NCBI GenBank assembly: GCA_036676495.1
Contig: JAKFCT010000098.1
Location: 1-36,050, forward strand
Origin: Candidatus Sericytochromatia bacterium
GTDB taxonomy: Bacteria; Cyanobacteriota; Sericytochromatia; S15B-MN24; UBA4093
DNA length: 36,050 nt
Reading direction: 5' to 3'
Position numbers and translations under genes: made by a program. Positions 8,855 through 18,534 of the stretch are shown in pieces. The notes below the pieces were generated by a model. The model had not been told where the DNA came from. It searched no databases and saw nothing but the letters and a program-made list of their open reading frames with translations. Each line of letters begins with the position of its first letter. The stretch's first letter is position 1.

Positions 8855-9970
8855 TTAGCTCGTCGTCGCAACGACCGGTTCACGCTGGATGGACTTGATC
8901 GACCGGACCATTCGTTGCAGGATCGGGTTGGTCTTCAGCGGGTGGATGAGCAGGCCCTCCCAACCGATCCTGCCGAACCCCTTCAGGCTGCTCGGTGAAG
9001 CGGCGTGCACCTGAACCGTCTCGATCTCGCCGGTCTTCAGCATCTCCTTCCAGCCGTATAGCCCGGGGCCCGGATCCACGGAGCGGATGCCCTCGCGATG
9101 CAACTTCTGCAAGGTCCAATGGGCGAGAAGGCTTCCCGGCGAGTAGGCGTTATACGCCTCGTCGAACGATCGGGTAATCGCGAAGACGTGATTGCCGCTG
9201 CGGATGTGAATCGAGGCCGCGGCCAGTCCCCCGTCGATCTCCAGCTTGTGAACCAAGAGGGAGCCCTGGCGGTTTGCTGCCCGACAGAAGACCCGAAGCA
9301 CCTCATGGTAGGACTTCCAGTCCCGCATTTCGGTCAAGCGCTTGGCCTGCAGCTCGAACAGCTTGTCACAGGTCGCTTCGGCCTCTTCCGGGGCGCAAAG
9401 CTGGAAGCGGTGGGCTATGCCCTTCAGACGCTTCTCCTTGCGCGTGAGGGTATCCTTGATCTGTCGAGGTCTTGAGGACCAGTACTCGGACCAATCCTCC
9501 CCCAGGTCGATCTTCTGGTGCTGGCGCCAGGAGACGCGATCCTCGTAGCTGAGGCCGAGCCGAGCGACGGACTTGCGGAGCCCCGCGTTGCGGTCCGTTC
9601 TCAAGATGAGGCTCAAGACGTCCCAGGATTGGCAATGGGCCTGTAAGGTGCGGACCAGTTGTTCCTCGAGGGAGGGGGCCAGCTCGGGGCGGAGGATCCA
9701 GGGATCGTGGTACCAGGCGTCCTCCCCTCCGATCCCGGTGAGGCGGCGGATGCCGCGCGGATCCCGTTCGATGCACCACGGGGCGACGGCCGCCAGCTTT
9801 CCGTACTCGTCGGAAAGCAAGATGACGAAGGGCTCAGAGCCCGGTCGGCGGAGTGCATTCCACTCCTGGAAGACCTCCCAGCCATTGAAGGGAGTCGTGG
9901 GGCTTAGCGCAGCCCATTGCTGCGTCAGCGGATGGCGTGAATCGGCATGATCTAGGACGAAGGCGTGCAC
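8855..9970 (-). CDS. GNAT-fold protein, CelD/BcsL-like, paralog 2
   Basis: GIRRLTGIGGEDAWYHDPWI, WSEYWS, LEIDGGLAA, YSPGSLL, DPGPG..GWK. GTG start at 9970 behind AAGGAGG. Confidence 0.8.
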   Translation of the reverse strand: MHAFVLDHADSRHPLTQQWAALSPTTPFNGWEVFQEWNALRRPGSEPFVILLSDEYGKLAAVAPWCIERDPRGIRRLTGIGGEDAWYHDPWILRPELAPSLEEQLVRTLQAHCQSWDVLSLILRTDRNAGLRKSVARLGLSYEDRVSWRQHQKIDLGEDWSEYWSSRPRQIKDTLTRKEKRLKGIAHRFQLCAPEEAEATCDKLFELQAKRLTEMRDWKSYHEVLRVFCRAANRQGSLLVHKLEIDGGLAAASIHIRSGNHVFAITRSFDEAYNAYSPGSLLAHWTLQKLHREGIRSVDPGPGLYGWKEMLKTGEIETVQVHAASPSSLKGFGRIGWEGLLIHPLKTNPILQRMVRSIKSIQREPVVATTS

Positions 9971-10031
9971 ATGGTCCTCCTTTCGAGGAAAGAACGCGCC
10001 CGCCATGCGGGGCATTCTTCGGGGAGCGGCG

Positions 10032-11456
10032 CTACGACGGGACGTTTTTCCAAAGGAGTTGGCGCTCGAGGGAAGAGACGAGTTGACTCCGTCCCAGAAG
10101 CATCAACGCGGGATAGCCGAGAGCGAGGATGCCGCCCGCGGCAAGGAGGGTGGCGTCCAACATGTACAGGGGCAAGAGGATGAGGCCGGAAAGCAGGAGG
10201 CTCTGGAGGGCCACCCCACTGCTGGTCGCCCAATGGGAGCCTGTGGGGCGAAGGAAGAACCAGAGGCTCAACGCGAGCACCATATCGGTGAGTAGGGCGG
10301 TGACGCAGGCTCCCATGGCGTGCCAGCGGGGAATGGCGATGGTATTGGCCGTGAGGTTGAAAAAGGCGGCGATCGCCGTACAGGTCATGCGCTGGGCCTG
10401 GCGATCGCTGGTGCTCAGCACGGTTCCCAGGGAATTGGAGAGGAAGCGCACGGGAATGCTGAGCGCCATGACGCTCAGAAACGCCGCGGCAGGCAGGTAC
10501 TCCGCACCGAAGAGCATGGTCACGATCTCCCGGGCGTAGAGCATGAGGAAGAGGCTTGCGGGGATGGAAACCCGCAAGAGGATCCGACTTGCGGCGGCTC
10601 CGTACGCTCGAACTGCCTCAGGGCCTGCCTGGGCGGCCGCACACATGCGGGGAAACAACGAGTTGATCAGCGCATCCGCGATCAGGGAAAAGGGAAGCAC
10701 GAGGATTCCCGCGGCGCGGTAATGGCCGACCATGACGTCGCCGCCCCAGCGGGCCAGAAAGAGGATGTCAGCCATCTGGCGAATGTTGCCGAAGCCGAGG
10801 TTGAGCCCGAAGGGGAGGGCCTCCTTCGCGAGGCCTCGCCGGGTGCTCGCGTCGAGGCGGGCCGGATCGCTCTGGGGTTTGATGAACCGGAAGAAGAACC
10901 AGAGGCTGGTCGCGAGCCCTGCGCCCTTGCTGACGGCAAGCCAACCGAAGAGGGCCTGCGGGGACGGGGGTTGGGAAGCGAGCCAGAGCGCGGCAGCGAT
11001 CCAGGTCAATCGCTCGACGATCGCCGGCACGCTCTCGAACTCCATGCGCTCGAAGGCGTAGTAGCTCGAGCGAAGAATCTGCAAGACGGCGTTCAGCGCG
11101 AGCTGCACGCAGATCCATGCCAGGATCGCCACGTGCGCGCCGCCGGTTTGCCAGAGCCCGAGCCCGAAGACGACCAGGGCGCCCAGCAGGGTCTGGGGGA
11201 GCACGAGCAGGAGGGCGTTCAGGACGACGTGGCTGGCGCGGCGCGGAGCGCGCGCCACGGTGCGGAGCAGCAGGTTGGACAGGCCGAAGTCGAAGAGGAA
11301 GGTGCAGATCACCGAGAGGCTCATGAAGAAGCCAATCTGCCCGAAGGCGCCGCTTCCCCAGTGTCGGGCGAGCCAGGCGTTGATCAAGAGTCCGCTGACG
11401 AGCTCCAGGCTGCGGGTGGTGACTTGCAGGGCGGTGTTGACGGTGAGTCGATTCAT
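10032..11456 (-). CDS. Wzx-type polysaccharide repeat-unit flippase
   Basis: 474 aa, many TM helices, motifs LARHWG, FDFGL, VGHYRAA, LFPRM, LFGAEY; GGAGG RBS. Confidence 0.88.
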   Translation of the reverse strand: MNRLTVNTALQVTTRSLELVSGLLINAWLARHWGSGAFGQIGFFMSLSVICTFLFDFGLSNLLLRTVARAPRRASHVVLNALLLVLPQTLLGALVVFGLGLWQTGGAHVAILAWICVQLALNAVLQILRSSYYAFERMEFESVPAIVERLTWIAAALWLASQPPSPQALFGWLAVSKGAGLATSLWFFFRFIKPQSDPARLDASTRRGLAKEALPFGLNLGFGNIRQMADILFLARWGGDVMVGHYRAAGILVLPFSLIADALINSLFPRMCAAAQAGPEAVRAYGAAASRILLRVSIPASLFLMLYAREIVTMLFGAEYLPAAAFLSVMALSIPVRFLSNSLGTVLSTSDRQAQRMTCTAIAAFFNLTANTIAIPRWHAMGACVTALLTDMVLALSLWFFLRPTGSHWATSSGVALQSLLLSGLILLPLYMLDATLLAAGGILALGYPALMLLGRSQLVSSLERQLLWKNVPS

Positions 11457-11601
11457 GGCGGCGACCTCCGGATTGCTATCCTAGCGAGCAGACGTCCGGA
11501 AGAAGTTCGTGCGAATTGACCAGAATTTTCTCCAAGGAGGGAGGGTTTTGACCTGCCGACGCGGCGGTAAGCTGGGGCGCATGTCTAAAGGAGGTAGCCT
11601 C

Positions 11602-12738
11602 ATGCGCGTAGCGATCGTTGCCCTGTCATGTCACGGTGGGATGCGTCATTATGCGTCCCAGCTCGCAAACTCCCTGGCGCGCCATGCCGACGTCCACGTT
11701 TTCACTCCCCCCGATCCGGAGCTGCGGGAGTACTTCTCGCCGGAGACGACCCTGCATCCTTCCCGGCCCTTGAGCTTCCCCGGCCAGGCCTGGCGGGGGA
11801 GCCTCACTCAGCTGAATCCCTGGGTGCATGCCGCGAATGCCAAGCGCCTGCGGCGCATCCAGCCGCACGTGGTTCACGTGGTGACCGCGCACCCCTCCAA
11901 CGGCCTGATGATGCCGCTACTGGGGGACGTTCCGATCTGCTACACCATGCATGATCCGACCGTCCACCCCGGCGAGGCCTCCCCGATCCGGGACGCGCTC
12001 GCGCGCCGGGCGGTCCACGGAGCCGATCAGCTGATCGTCCATGGGGAGGCGCTGCGCGCGGAGCTTGCCGAGCAAGGCATCGCGGAGGACCGGATCTCCG
12101 TGATCCCCCACGGGGATTACGGCTTCTTCTGCCAGCATGCGACGGGGCGGACCGAGGAGCCGATGATCCTCTTCTTCGGCCGCCTCATCGCCTACAAGGG
12201 CCTGGAGGTGCTTTGCCGCGCCGAGCGCCTCTTGGCCGAGCGCTCGAGCGGCTACACGGTCTGCATCGCGGGCGAGGGGGACACGTCTCTCTTCGCTTCC
12301 GAGATCGGCCCCTCCGGCCGGGTGAGCGTGCGAAACAAGTACCTCTCCGACGGGGAGGTCGCGGAGCTCTTCGAGCGGGCCCGCATCGTGGTCCTGCCGT
12401 ATACCCAGGCTTCCCAGTCCGGGGTCCTCGCCATCGCCTTCGCCTTCGGGAAACCGGCGATCGTGACCCGGGTGGGGGGATTGCCCGAGGCCGTCGGAGA
12501 GGGAGAGGCCGGGCTCATCATTCCTCCCGACGATCCGGAGGCACTCGCGGACGCCATGGAGCGCCTCTTGGCGGATGCCTCCCTGCGGGAGCGGCTGGCG
12601 GAAGGGGGGCGCCGACGCATCGAGGAGCATATCGGCTGGCCGCACATCGCCCAGCGTCACCTTGCGCTCTATCAGCGGCTGCTGGAGGACTCCCGGCGAC
12701 GGGGAGCGCAGCCCCGCGGGTCGTTGCGGATGGGCTGA
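11602..12738 (+). CDS. Glycosyltransferase, GT4-like
   Basis: ILFFGRLIAYKG, VVLPYTQASQSGV, GKPAIVTRVGGLPE. ATG 11602 behind AAGGAGG. Confidence 0.9.
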   Translation: MRVAIVALSCHGGMRHYASQLANSLARHADVHVFTPPDPELREYFSPETTLHPSRPLSFPGQAWRGSLTQLNPWVHAANAKRLRRIQPHVVHVVTAHPSNGLMMPLLGDVPICYTMHDPTVHPGEASPIRDALARRAVHGADQLIVHGEALRAELAEQGIAEDRISVIPHGDYGFFCQHATGRTEEPMILFFGRLIAYKGLEVLCRAERLLAERSSGYTVCIAGEGDTSLFASEIGPSGRVSVRNKYLSDGEVAELFERARIVVLPYTQASQSGVLAIAFAFGKPAIVTRVGGLPEAVGEGEAGLIIPPDDPEALADAMERLLADASLRERLAEGGRRRIEEHIGWPHIAQRHLALYQRLLEDSRRRGAQPRGSLRMG

Positions 12739-12749
12739 GTTTCAAAGGC

Positions 12750-12784
12750 TTCCGCCCCCTCACCCATCGGGTGAGGGGGCGGAA
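12750..12784. terminator. Hairpin between convergent genes (probable bidirectional terminator)
   Basis: Perfect 16-bp inverted repeat TTCCGCCCCCTCACCC-atc-GGGTGAGGGGGCGGAA. Confidence 0.65.
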
Positions 12785-12816
12785 TCTTGTGCGGGGGGCT
12801 ACCCGCTCGTTGGGAC

Positions 12817-14604
12817 TTACCGGTACTCGTAGGCTCCCGCGTCCGGCTTGCCGTCGGTTCGCGTGGCCTGGCTGTAGTCCACGTTCACCGCGAAGGTGCG
12901 GCCTTGGTCGTCCTTCGGGGCGGTCAGCGTCCTGCCCTTGTTGATGGCCGTGGACCCGGAGGTGAGGCGGAAGTCCTTGTTGCCGGCGGAGACGAAGCCC
13001 GAGGCGCTGCTCAGCCAAACGTTGTTGCCCTGGTTGATGGTCGAGCCGCTCGTGCCGTTGTAGAGGCTGGTCTCGGTGGCGTAGCCCAGGTTGTTGTAGA
13101 CGTCGATGGTGTTGCCACTGCCGGCGAAGGCAAAGGACTTCTTGTTGTTGACCAGGGTGTTATGTGCGAAGAGGACGTTCTGGGCGCCGGTGTCGGGATC
13201 CCAGACGAACATGGCATCTCCGGTCGTGTGATCGTAGACCAGGTTGTTGGTGATCCAGATGTGCTTGGTCGAGTAGCGCGTGTCCTCGGACGAGGCGCCG
13301 ATGCCGCCCTTGGCGTTGCCGTAGAGCCGGTTGCGATGGACGCGGATATAGTTGCCGCCGTCGATGAAGATGCCGGGAGCGCCGTTCTTGTAGACCTCGT
13401 TGTCGACCACCTCGCCGTGAGCGGCGCCGAGCCAGATGTCGATGCCCTCGGTGACGTTGTCGTGGACACGGTTGCCGCTCACGGTGAAGCCGTCGGCGAT
13501 CACGCTGATGGCCTGTCCGCTGCCAGCGCCCCTGAGCACCGCATGGTGGACGTCGTTGCCGCTGATGGTGAGGTTCCTGATCATGGACTTGCCGGCTGCC
13601 GTCTGCCGCCCGGTTTCGGTGCTGATGGCGTGGCGCTGGGCGTAGGAGACCTCGCAGCCCTGCACGGTCAGGTTATCGGCGTTCAGGATGACGCCGCTGT
13701 TCTTCGAGTTGGTGATCTTGAGCCCCTCGAGGCGATTGTGGGGGTGATTGAGGTGGAAGAGACCCTGGTTCTGGTTCCCGCCGGAGGTCCAGGAGAGCTT
13801 GGAGCCGTCGATCACGGCGGTGCCGTTGTAGCTCCGGAAGGTGATCGGCGCGCTGGCCGTGCCAGCGACCCTCGTCATCACCTGCTCGTAGTAGGTGCCG
13901 CCGGCGATCATGACGGTCGTGCCGGCCTTGGCGCGGGAGGCTGCCGCGGAAATGGTCTTGAGCGGCGAGCTTGCGGTTCCGGAGTTGGAGTCCGAGCCGG
14001 ACGGGGAGACGTAGATGGCGTTGCTCGGGGCGGGAACCGGCGAGGGGGTCGGGGACGGGGTGGGGTTCGGAGCGGGCGTCGGGGTGGGGGAGGGCGTGGG
14101 CGTGGGCAAGGGGATGATGTCGCCGTCTTCGATGATCACGCCGACTCCGACCAGGCCGGTGCCAGGGGAGACGGAGGTGGGGTCCAGCTTGAGGTTGACG
14201 TTGATGGTGGTGAGCTGGCCGGCGACGACGCTGACGCCGCTCTTGGACGCCTGGCCGATGACCTGGGCGGAGGCGTTGAGGGCCTCAATCTTGAGGTTGA
14301 TCGTTCCGGCGGGAAGGTCCTTGAAGGTCGCGGCTCCCGTGGGATAGCTGACGGTTTGGCTCTGGGGAGAGGCGAGGGGGCCTCCCGAGAGGGTCACCCG
14401 GATCTGCTTGATGTCGGCCTTGGTGGCCTGAGTCGAGTAGGAGTCCTCGAAGGAGATGCGGACCGCGCCGGTTTCCGGGGCCAGCGTCAATTCTTCTCCC
14501 AGTTGCGGGGTTTGTCCCGGGGCCAGGGGGGAGACGCCGCATCCGACCATGGTCAGGCTGAGAGCGAGCGCCGCGGATACGGTGAGAGGGGATTTGAAGA
14601 TCAT
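12817..14604 (-). CDS. Lipoprotein with N-terminal beta-rich domain, Pro/Thr linker and right-handed beta-helix, paralog 2
   Basis: Lipobox-like MVGC; PT linker; YVSPSGSD; shares NQNQGL, CEVSYAQRHAISTETG and FAHNTLV with 7525-8844; C-terminal DFRL...PDAGAYEY. Confidence 0.82.
   Translation of the reverse strand: MIFKSPLTVSAALALSLTMVGCGVSPLAPGQTPQLGEELTLAPETGAVRISFEDSYSTQATKADIKQIRVTLSGGPLASPQSQTVSYPTGAATFKDLPAGTINLKIEALNASAQVIGQASKSGVSVVAGQLTTINVNLKLDPTSVSPGTGLVGVGVIIEDGDIIPLPTPTPSPTPTPAPNPTPSPTPSPVPAPSNAIYVSPSGSDSNSGTASSPLKTISAAASRAKAGTTVMIAGGTYYEQVMTRVAGTASAPITFRSYNGTAVIDGSKLSWTSGGNQNQGLFHLNHPHNRLEGLKITNSKNSGVILNADNLTVQGCEVSYAQRHAISTETGRQTAAGKSMIRNLTISGNDVHHAVLRGAGSGQAISVIADGFTVSGNRVHDNVTEGIDIWLGAAHGEVVDNEVYKNGAPGIFIDGGNYIRVHRNRLYGNAKGGIGASSEDTRYSTKHIWITNNLVYDHTTGDAMFVWDPDTGAQNVLFAHNTLVNNKKSFAFAGSGNTIDVYNNLGYATETSLYNGTSGSTINQGNNVWLSSASGFVSAGNKDFRLTSGSTAINKGRTLTAPKDDQGRTFAVNVDYSQATRTDGKPDAGAYEYR
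14024..14113 (-). repeat. Low-complexity Pro/Thr/Ser linker-coding repeat
   Basis: Encodes PLPTPTPSPTPTPAPNPTPSPTPSPVPAPS. Confidence 0.8.
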
Positions 14605-14838
14605 TAAAGAAGAACCCTTTCTGAACGCGATATCGGCTGAAGGCGTGGAAGCGCCTCAAAATTACCGGGATTTGGCTTCAGCATAGGAAAGTCAGGTTTT
14701 TTCCAGACAAAGTTCCTGTGAAGCCTAGGTTACGGAACCCCTGCTCGATTTGCACAAGAAACGCTGGCCGCCTTTCCATGCCCTCCCTCGGTTGCCCGGT
14801 AGTACCATCGACGCGTTGTCGTTTAGAGGGAGGGCGCC

Positions 14839-16020
14839 ATGTCTCGGGGTCATCCATCCGCGGGCCGGACGATCTGGTTCTACCTGGATCAGCTCGAGGT
14901 CGGCGGGGTTGAGCGAATCCTCATCAATCTCTTGACCTGTTTCTTGCGTGAGGGCTGGGAGCCGTCCCTGGTGCTCAACCGCGCGCAGGGAGTCATGCTG
15001 GAGGCGGTCCCCCCCGGGGTTCCGATCCATGATCTGCACGTGGGGAGCTTCCGCGCTGCCGTCCCGGCGCTGGCGCGCGAGCTGCGCGAGCACCGGCCCG
15101 CGATCTTGGTTTCGCAGCGCGGCTACCTCAATACCCTGGCGGCGATCGCCCACATGGCCGCGGGGCGGCCGGGACGCCTCGTTCTCATGGAGCACTCGCT
15201 GATCTCGCGCATGCCCATGCGCCCCATGGATCGCGTCCTCGGAGGGCTCGGATCCGTGATCTACCGCCTTGCGGACGCGGTGGTCGGAGTCTCGCGCGGG
15301 GTGGCGGCCGATCTCGAGCGGACCATGCACTTGCCCGCGGGCAGGGTCGGCGTCCTCTACAACCCGGCGATTCCCGAGCCCGCGGAGGTGGCCCGGAGCC
15401 TGGCCGTCCCCGTCGAGCGGCCGTGGCCCGAGGACGGGAAGCCGCTGATCGTCACGGTCGGGCGGCTCAGCCCGGAGAAGGGGTACGCCATGCTCCTGGA
15501 GGCCTTCGGGCGGGTCCGGGAGCGCTTGGACGCCCGCCTGGCCATCATCGGCACGGGGCCCGAGCAAGCGCACCTGGAGCGCCTGATCGCCACGCATGCG
15601 CTCCAGGACCATGTCTTCATGCTCGGATATCAAGCCAACCCTTACGCCTGGCTAAGGGGCGCGGATGCCTTCGTGCTCTCCTCGCTGATTGAGAGCTTCC
15701 CGACGGTGATCCTGGAGGCGATGGCGGCCGGAGTGCCCGTCGTGGCCTTCGATTGCCCCGAGGGCCCGCGGGAGATCATCACGCCCGAGAAAGACGGGCT
15801 GCTGGTGCCTCCCCAGGATCCCTCGGCCTTGGCCCAGGGGCTTTGCCGGGTCCTGACGGATGGCGAGCTTTCAAGGACCTTGGCGGAGGGAGGGCGCGAG
15901 CGCGCCCGCGCCTTCACGTACGAGGCGACGTTCCACGAATACGCGCGCTTCTTCGGGGGATTGCTCCCGGATCCGACCTCGCCTGCAAAGCGGCCGAAAA
16001 GCCCCGTGAGCGCGTCGTAA
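14839..16020 (+). CDS. Glycosyltransferase, GT4-like
   Basis: GGVERIL, VGRLSPEKGY, FVLSSLIESFPTVILEAMAAGVPVVAFDCPEGPREII; GAGGGAGG RBS. Confidence 0.9.
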   Translation: MSRGHPSAGRTIWFYLDQLEVGGVERILINLLTCFLREGWEPSLVLNRAQGVMLEAVPPGVPIHDLHVGSFRAAVPALARELREHRPAILVSQRGYLNTLAAIAHMAAGRPGRLVLMEHSLISRMPMRPMDRVLGGLGSVIYRLADAVVGVSRGVAADLERTMHLPAGRVGVLYNPAIPEPAEVARSLAVPVERPWPEDGKPLIVTVGRLSPEKGYAMLLEAFGRVRERLDARLAIIGTGPEQAHLERLIATHALQDHVFMLGYQANPYAWLRGADAFVLSSLIESFPTVILEAMAAGVPVVAFDCPEGPREIITPEKDGLLVPPQDPSALAQGLCRVLTDGELSRTLAEGGRERARAFTYEATFHEYARFFGGLLPDPTSPAKRPKSPVSAS

Positions 16021-16089
16021 CCCCGCTCGGCGGGCGAGATGCCCCCCGCTTGCTGCCTTGCCGCCATCAACGTCGCAAAGGAGGACGCC

Positions 16090-17196
16090 ATGAACATCCT
16101 CGTCACCACGAACCAACTGGACCTGGGGGGAGCCGAGCACTTTGTCGTGCGCCTCGCCAATGGCCTTCACGCCCGGGGGCATCGGGTCTGGGTGGCCGCC
16201 GAACATGGTCCCCTCGCCTCCTTGCTCGTGCCGGGAGTGGGCTGTCTTTCCGTTCCGGCCCGCAGCAAGTCGCCCCGGGGCATCTGGAAGCTTTCCCGCC
16301 ACTTCGCGCGCCTTATCGCCGAGCATCGGATCGACATCGTGCATGCCAACTCGCCGACCACGGCCCTTGCCGCGCGCATCGCGAGAGGGCCGGGAGGGCC
16401 CGCCGTGCTCACGACGGCCCACGGGAGCTGGAGACCCTGGACCAAACCGGCGGTGGCACTGCTCTTCTCGCTGGGATCCGACCGGGTCATGGGGTGTTCG
16501 GAGGCGCTCACGTCCGACTTGATCCGCCATGGCTTGAGCCGGCGCAAGGCCTTGACCGTCCATAACGGGATTCCCTTCCGGGACGAGGCCCCGGATCCGG
16601 GCGTGCGCCTGGAGGTCCGCCGAGAGCTCGGGATCGACCCGACGGACCCCGTGCTCCTGGTCGCCGCGCGCTTGTCCGAAGAAAAGGGCCTGACCTACCT
16701 GCTGGAGGCCATGCCGTTGCTCTGGCGGGAGCGCCCCGAGGCATGGCTCCTGATCGCTGGGGACGGGCCCCAGGCTCGGATCCTTCAAGAGCGAGCGGAG
16801 GCCCTTGGCGGCAGGATCCGCATGCTCGGGATGCGCTCGGATGTTCCGAGGCTCATGGCGGCGGCGGATGTCTTCTGCCTCCCATCGCTCGTGGAGGGAT
16901 TGCCCCTGGCCTTGGCGGAGGCCATGGGCCATGGCCTTCCGGCCGTGGCCTCCCGGGTCGGCGGAGTGCCGGAGCTCATCCGTGAAGGAGAGACCGGTCT
17001 CCTGGTGCCTCCCCGGGATCCGGAGCAACTCGCGCAAAAGCTGCTTCTCCTGCTCGGCGATCCGGCCTTGCGCCAGCAGGTCGGCAGCGCGGGGCGCGCG
17101 CTGGTGCGGCGCGAGTTTACCCTCGATCGCATGATCGGTCGCTTCGAGGCGGTCTACCAGTCCTTCGCGCTCCTGAACCCCCTCCCGGCCCGCTAA
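16090..17196 (+). CDS. Glycosyltransferase, GT4-like
   Basis: GGAEH, TVHNGI, ARLSEEKG, EGLPLALAEAMGHGLPAVASRVGGVPE. ATG 16090 behind AAGGAGG. Confidence 0.9.
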   Translation: MNILVTTNQLDLGGAEHFVVRLANGLHARGHRVWVAAEHGPLASLLVPGVGCLSVPARSKSPRGIWKLSRHFARLIAEHRIDIVHANSPTTALAARIARGPGGPAVLTTAHGSWRPWTKPAVALLFSLGSDRVMGCSEALTSDLIRHGLSRRKALTVHNGIPFRDEAPDPGVRLEVRRELGIDPTDPVLLVAARLSEEKGLTYLLEAMPLLWRERPEAWLLIAGDGPQARILQERAEALGGRIRMLGMRSDVPRLMAAADVFCLPSLVEGLPLALAEAMGHGLPAVASRVGGVPELIREGETGLLVPPRDPEQLAQKLLLLLGDPALRQQVGSAGRALVRREFTLDRMIGRFEAVYQSFALLNPLPAR

Positions 17197-17255
17197 GCGG
17201 CGGGCCTGACCCGCGTGTCCCGCGCTCCGGGATGACTCGCTGAAAGGAGATGGCC

Positions 17256-18503
17256 ATGCAGCCTTCGACGAAACCCCGCATCCTGATGCTCTCGTCCCGT
17301 CGGATTCCGACCCCGCTGTCGGCCGGGTTTGCCATTCGCATGTTCAACACGGCCAAGGCGCTTTCCGAGGCCTTCGAGATCGACCTGCTCTGCCTGGATA
17401 CCGGCGGCCCCCAGCAGCTTGACGTCAAGGCCTTCGAGGGCGTCTTTCGGCGCGTTTACAGCTTCTCTTATCCGGTCACGCGCTACCTGGTCAACTCCGT
17501 GGGAGGGCTCTTCTCCGGGGATCCCATCCAGGTCCGTACCTTCAGCTTCGAGGGCGTCCGGCGCTGGATCCTGGAGCATCAGCATGAGTACGACGGGGTC
17601 GTCGCCAACCACGTGCGGATGGCCGAGCTGGTGCGCGATCTCGACATCCCCGTGGTCGTCGATCTGGTCGATGCCATTTCGCTGAATTACCAGCGGGCCG
17701 TCGCGACCGCGCGGGGGCCGCGCCGGATGTTCTACGGCCTCGAGAAGGATCGCTTGCTGCGCTACGAGGTGGAGACCGTCAACCGCTTTCCCTGCTCGCT
17801 GGTGGTCTCGGAGGTGGACCGTCAGCACCTGCTGGCGCATGGCGCGGAGCCGGATCGCCTCATGACCCTGCCGGTCGGCGTCCAGGAGCACGTCGTGCAC
17901 CGAGCCGCCTACACGGGCCCCGAAGAAAACGCGATCGTCTTTCTCGGAAAGATGAGCTACCACCCCAATCAGGACGCCGTGCTCCACTTCGCCCGCGAGG
18001 TCTTTCCGCGGCTGCGCGAGCAGGTGCGGGACCTGACGTTCTACGTGGTCGGAGGGGCCCCCCCCCGTGAGGTCCAGGCGCTGGCCACTCAGCCGGGCAT
18101 CGTCGTGACGGGGTTCGTGGAGGATCCCTATCACTACCTGGAGCGCGCCAAGGCCGTGATCGCTCCGATCCGCTTCGGAGCGGGCATTCAAAACAAGGTC
18201 CTGGAGGGCATGGCGCTCCGCAAGGCCGTCGTGACCTCCTCGGTGGGCGCCGAGGGGATCGGAGGCATGCACGGGCGGGACTTCCTGGTCGCCGATGCTC
18301 CCTCGGTGGTCGCCGAGGCCGTCCTGAGGTGCCTGCAAGACGACGACCTGCGACGGCGGATGGGAAATAACGGCCGCCACCTGATCGAGAAGCAGTTCAC
18401 GTGGCCGAGCATCGGCCTGCGCTTGAGGCAATCCATCGAGACCCTTCTGCGCGTACGCTCCGCGGGGGCCCGGGTCCCGGCCACGTCCTTCGGCGGCGCC
18501 TGA
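17256..18503 (+). CDS. Glycosyltransferase, GT4-like (GT-B)
   Basis: VVDLVDAISL, FLGKMSYHPNQDAV, APIRFGAGIQNKVLEGMA. The AAAGGAG spacing favours ATG 17256 over 17250. Confidence 0.87.
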   Translation: MQPSTKPRILMLSSRRIPTPLSAGFAIRMFNTAKALSEAFEIDLLCLDTGGPQQLDVKAFEGVFRRVYSFSYPVTRYLVNSVGGLFSGDPIQVRTFSFEGVRRWILEHQHEYDGVVANHVRMAELVRDLDIPVVVDLVDAISLNYQRAVATARGPRRMFYGLEKDRLLRYEVETVNRFPCSLVVSEVDRQHLLAHGAEPDRLMTLPVGVQEHVVHRAAYTGPEENAIVFLGKMSYHPNQDAVLHFAREVFPRLREQVRDLTFYVVGGAPPREVQALATQPGIVVTGFVEDPYHYLERAKAVIAPIRFGAGIQNKVLEGMALRKAVVTSSVGAEGIGGMHGRDFLVADAPSVVAEAVLRCLQDDDLRRRMGNNGRHLIEKQFTWPSIGLRLRQSIETLLRVRSAGARVPATSFGGA

Positions 18504-18534
18504 GCGCGTGCGGAAGAGCGAAAGGAGAGTGTCG

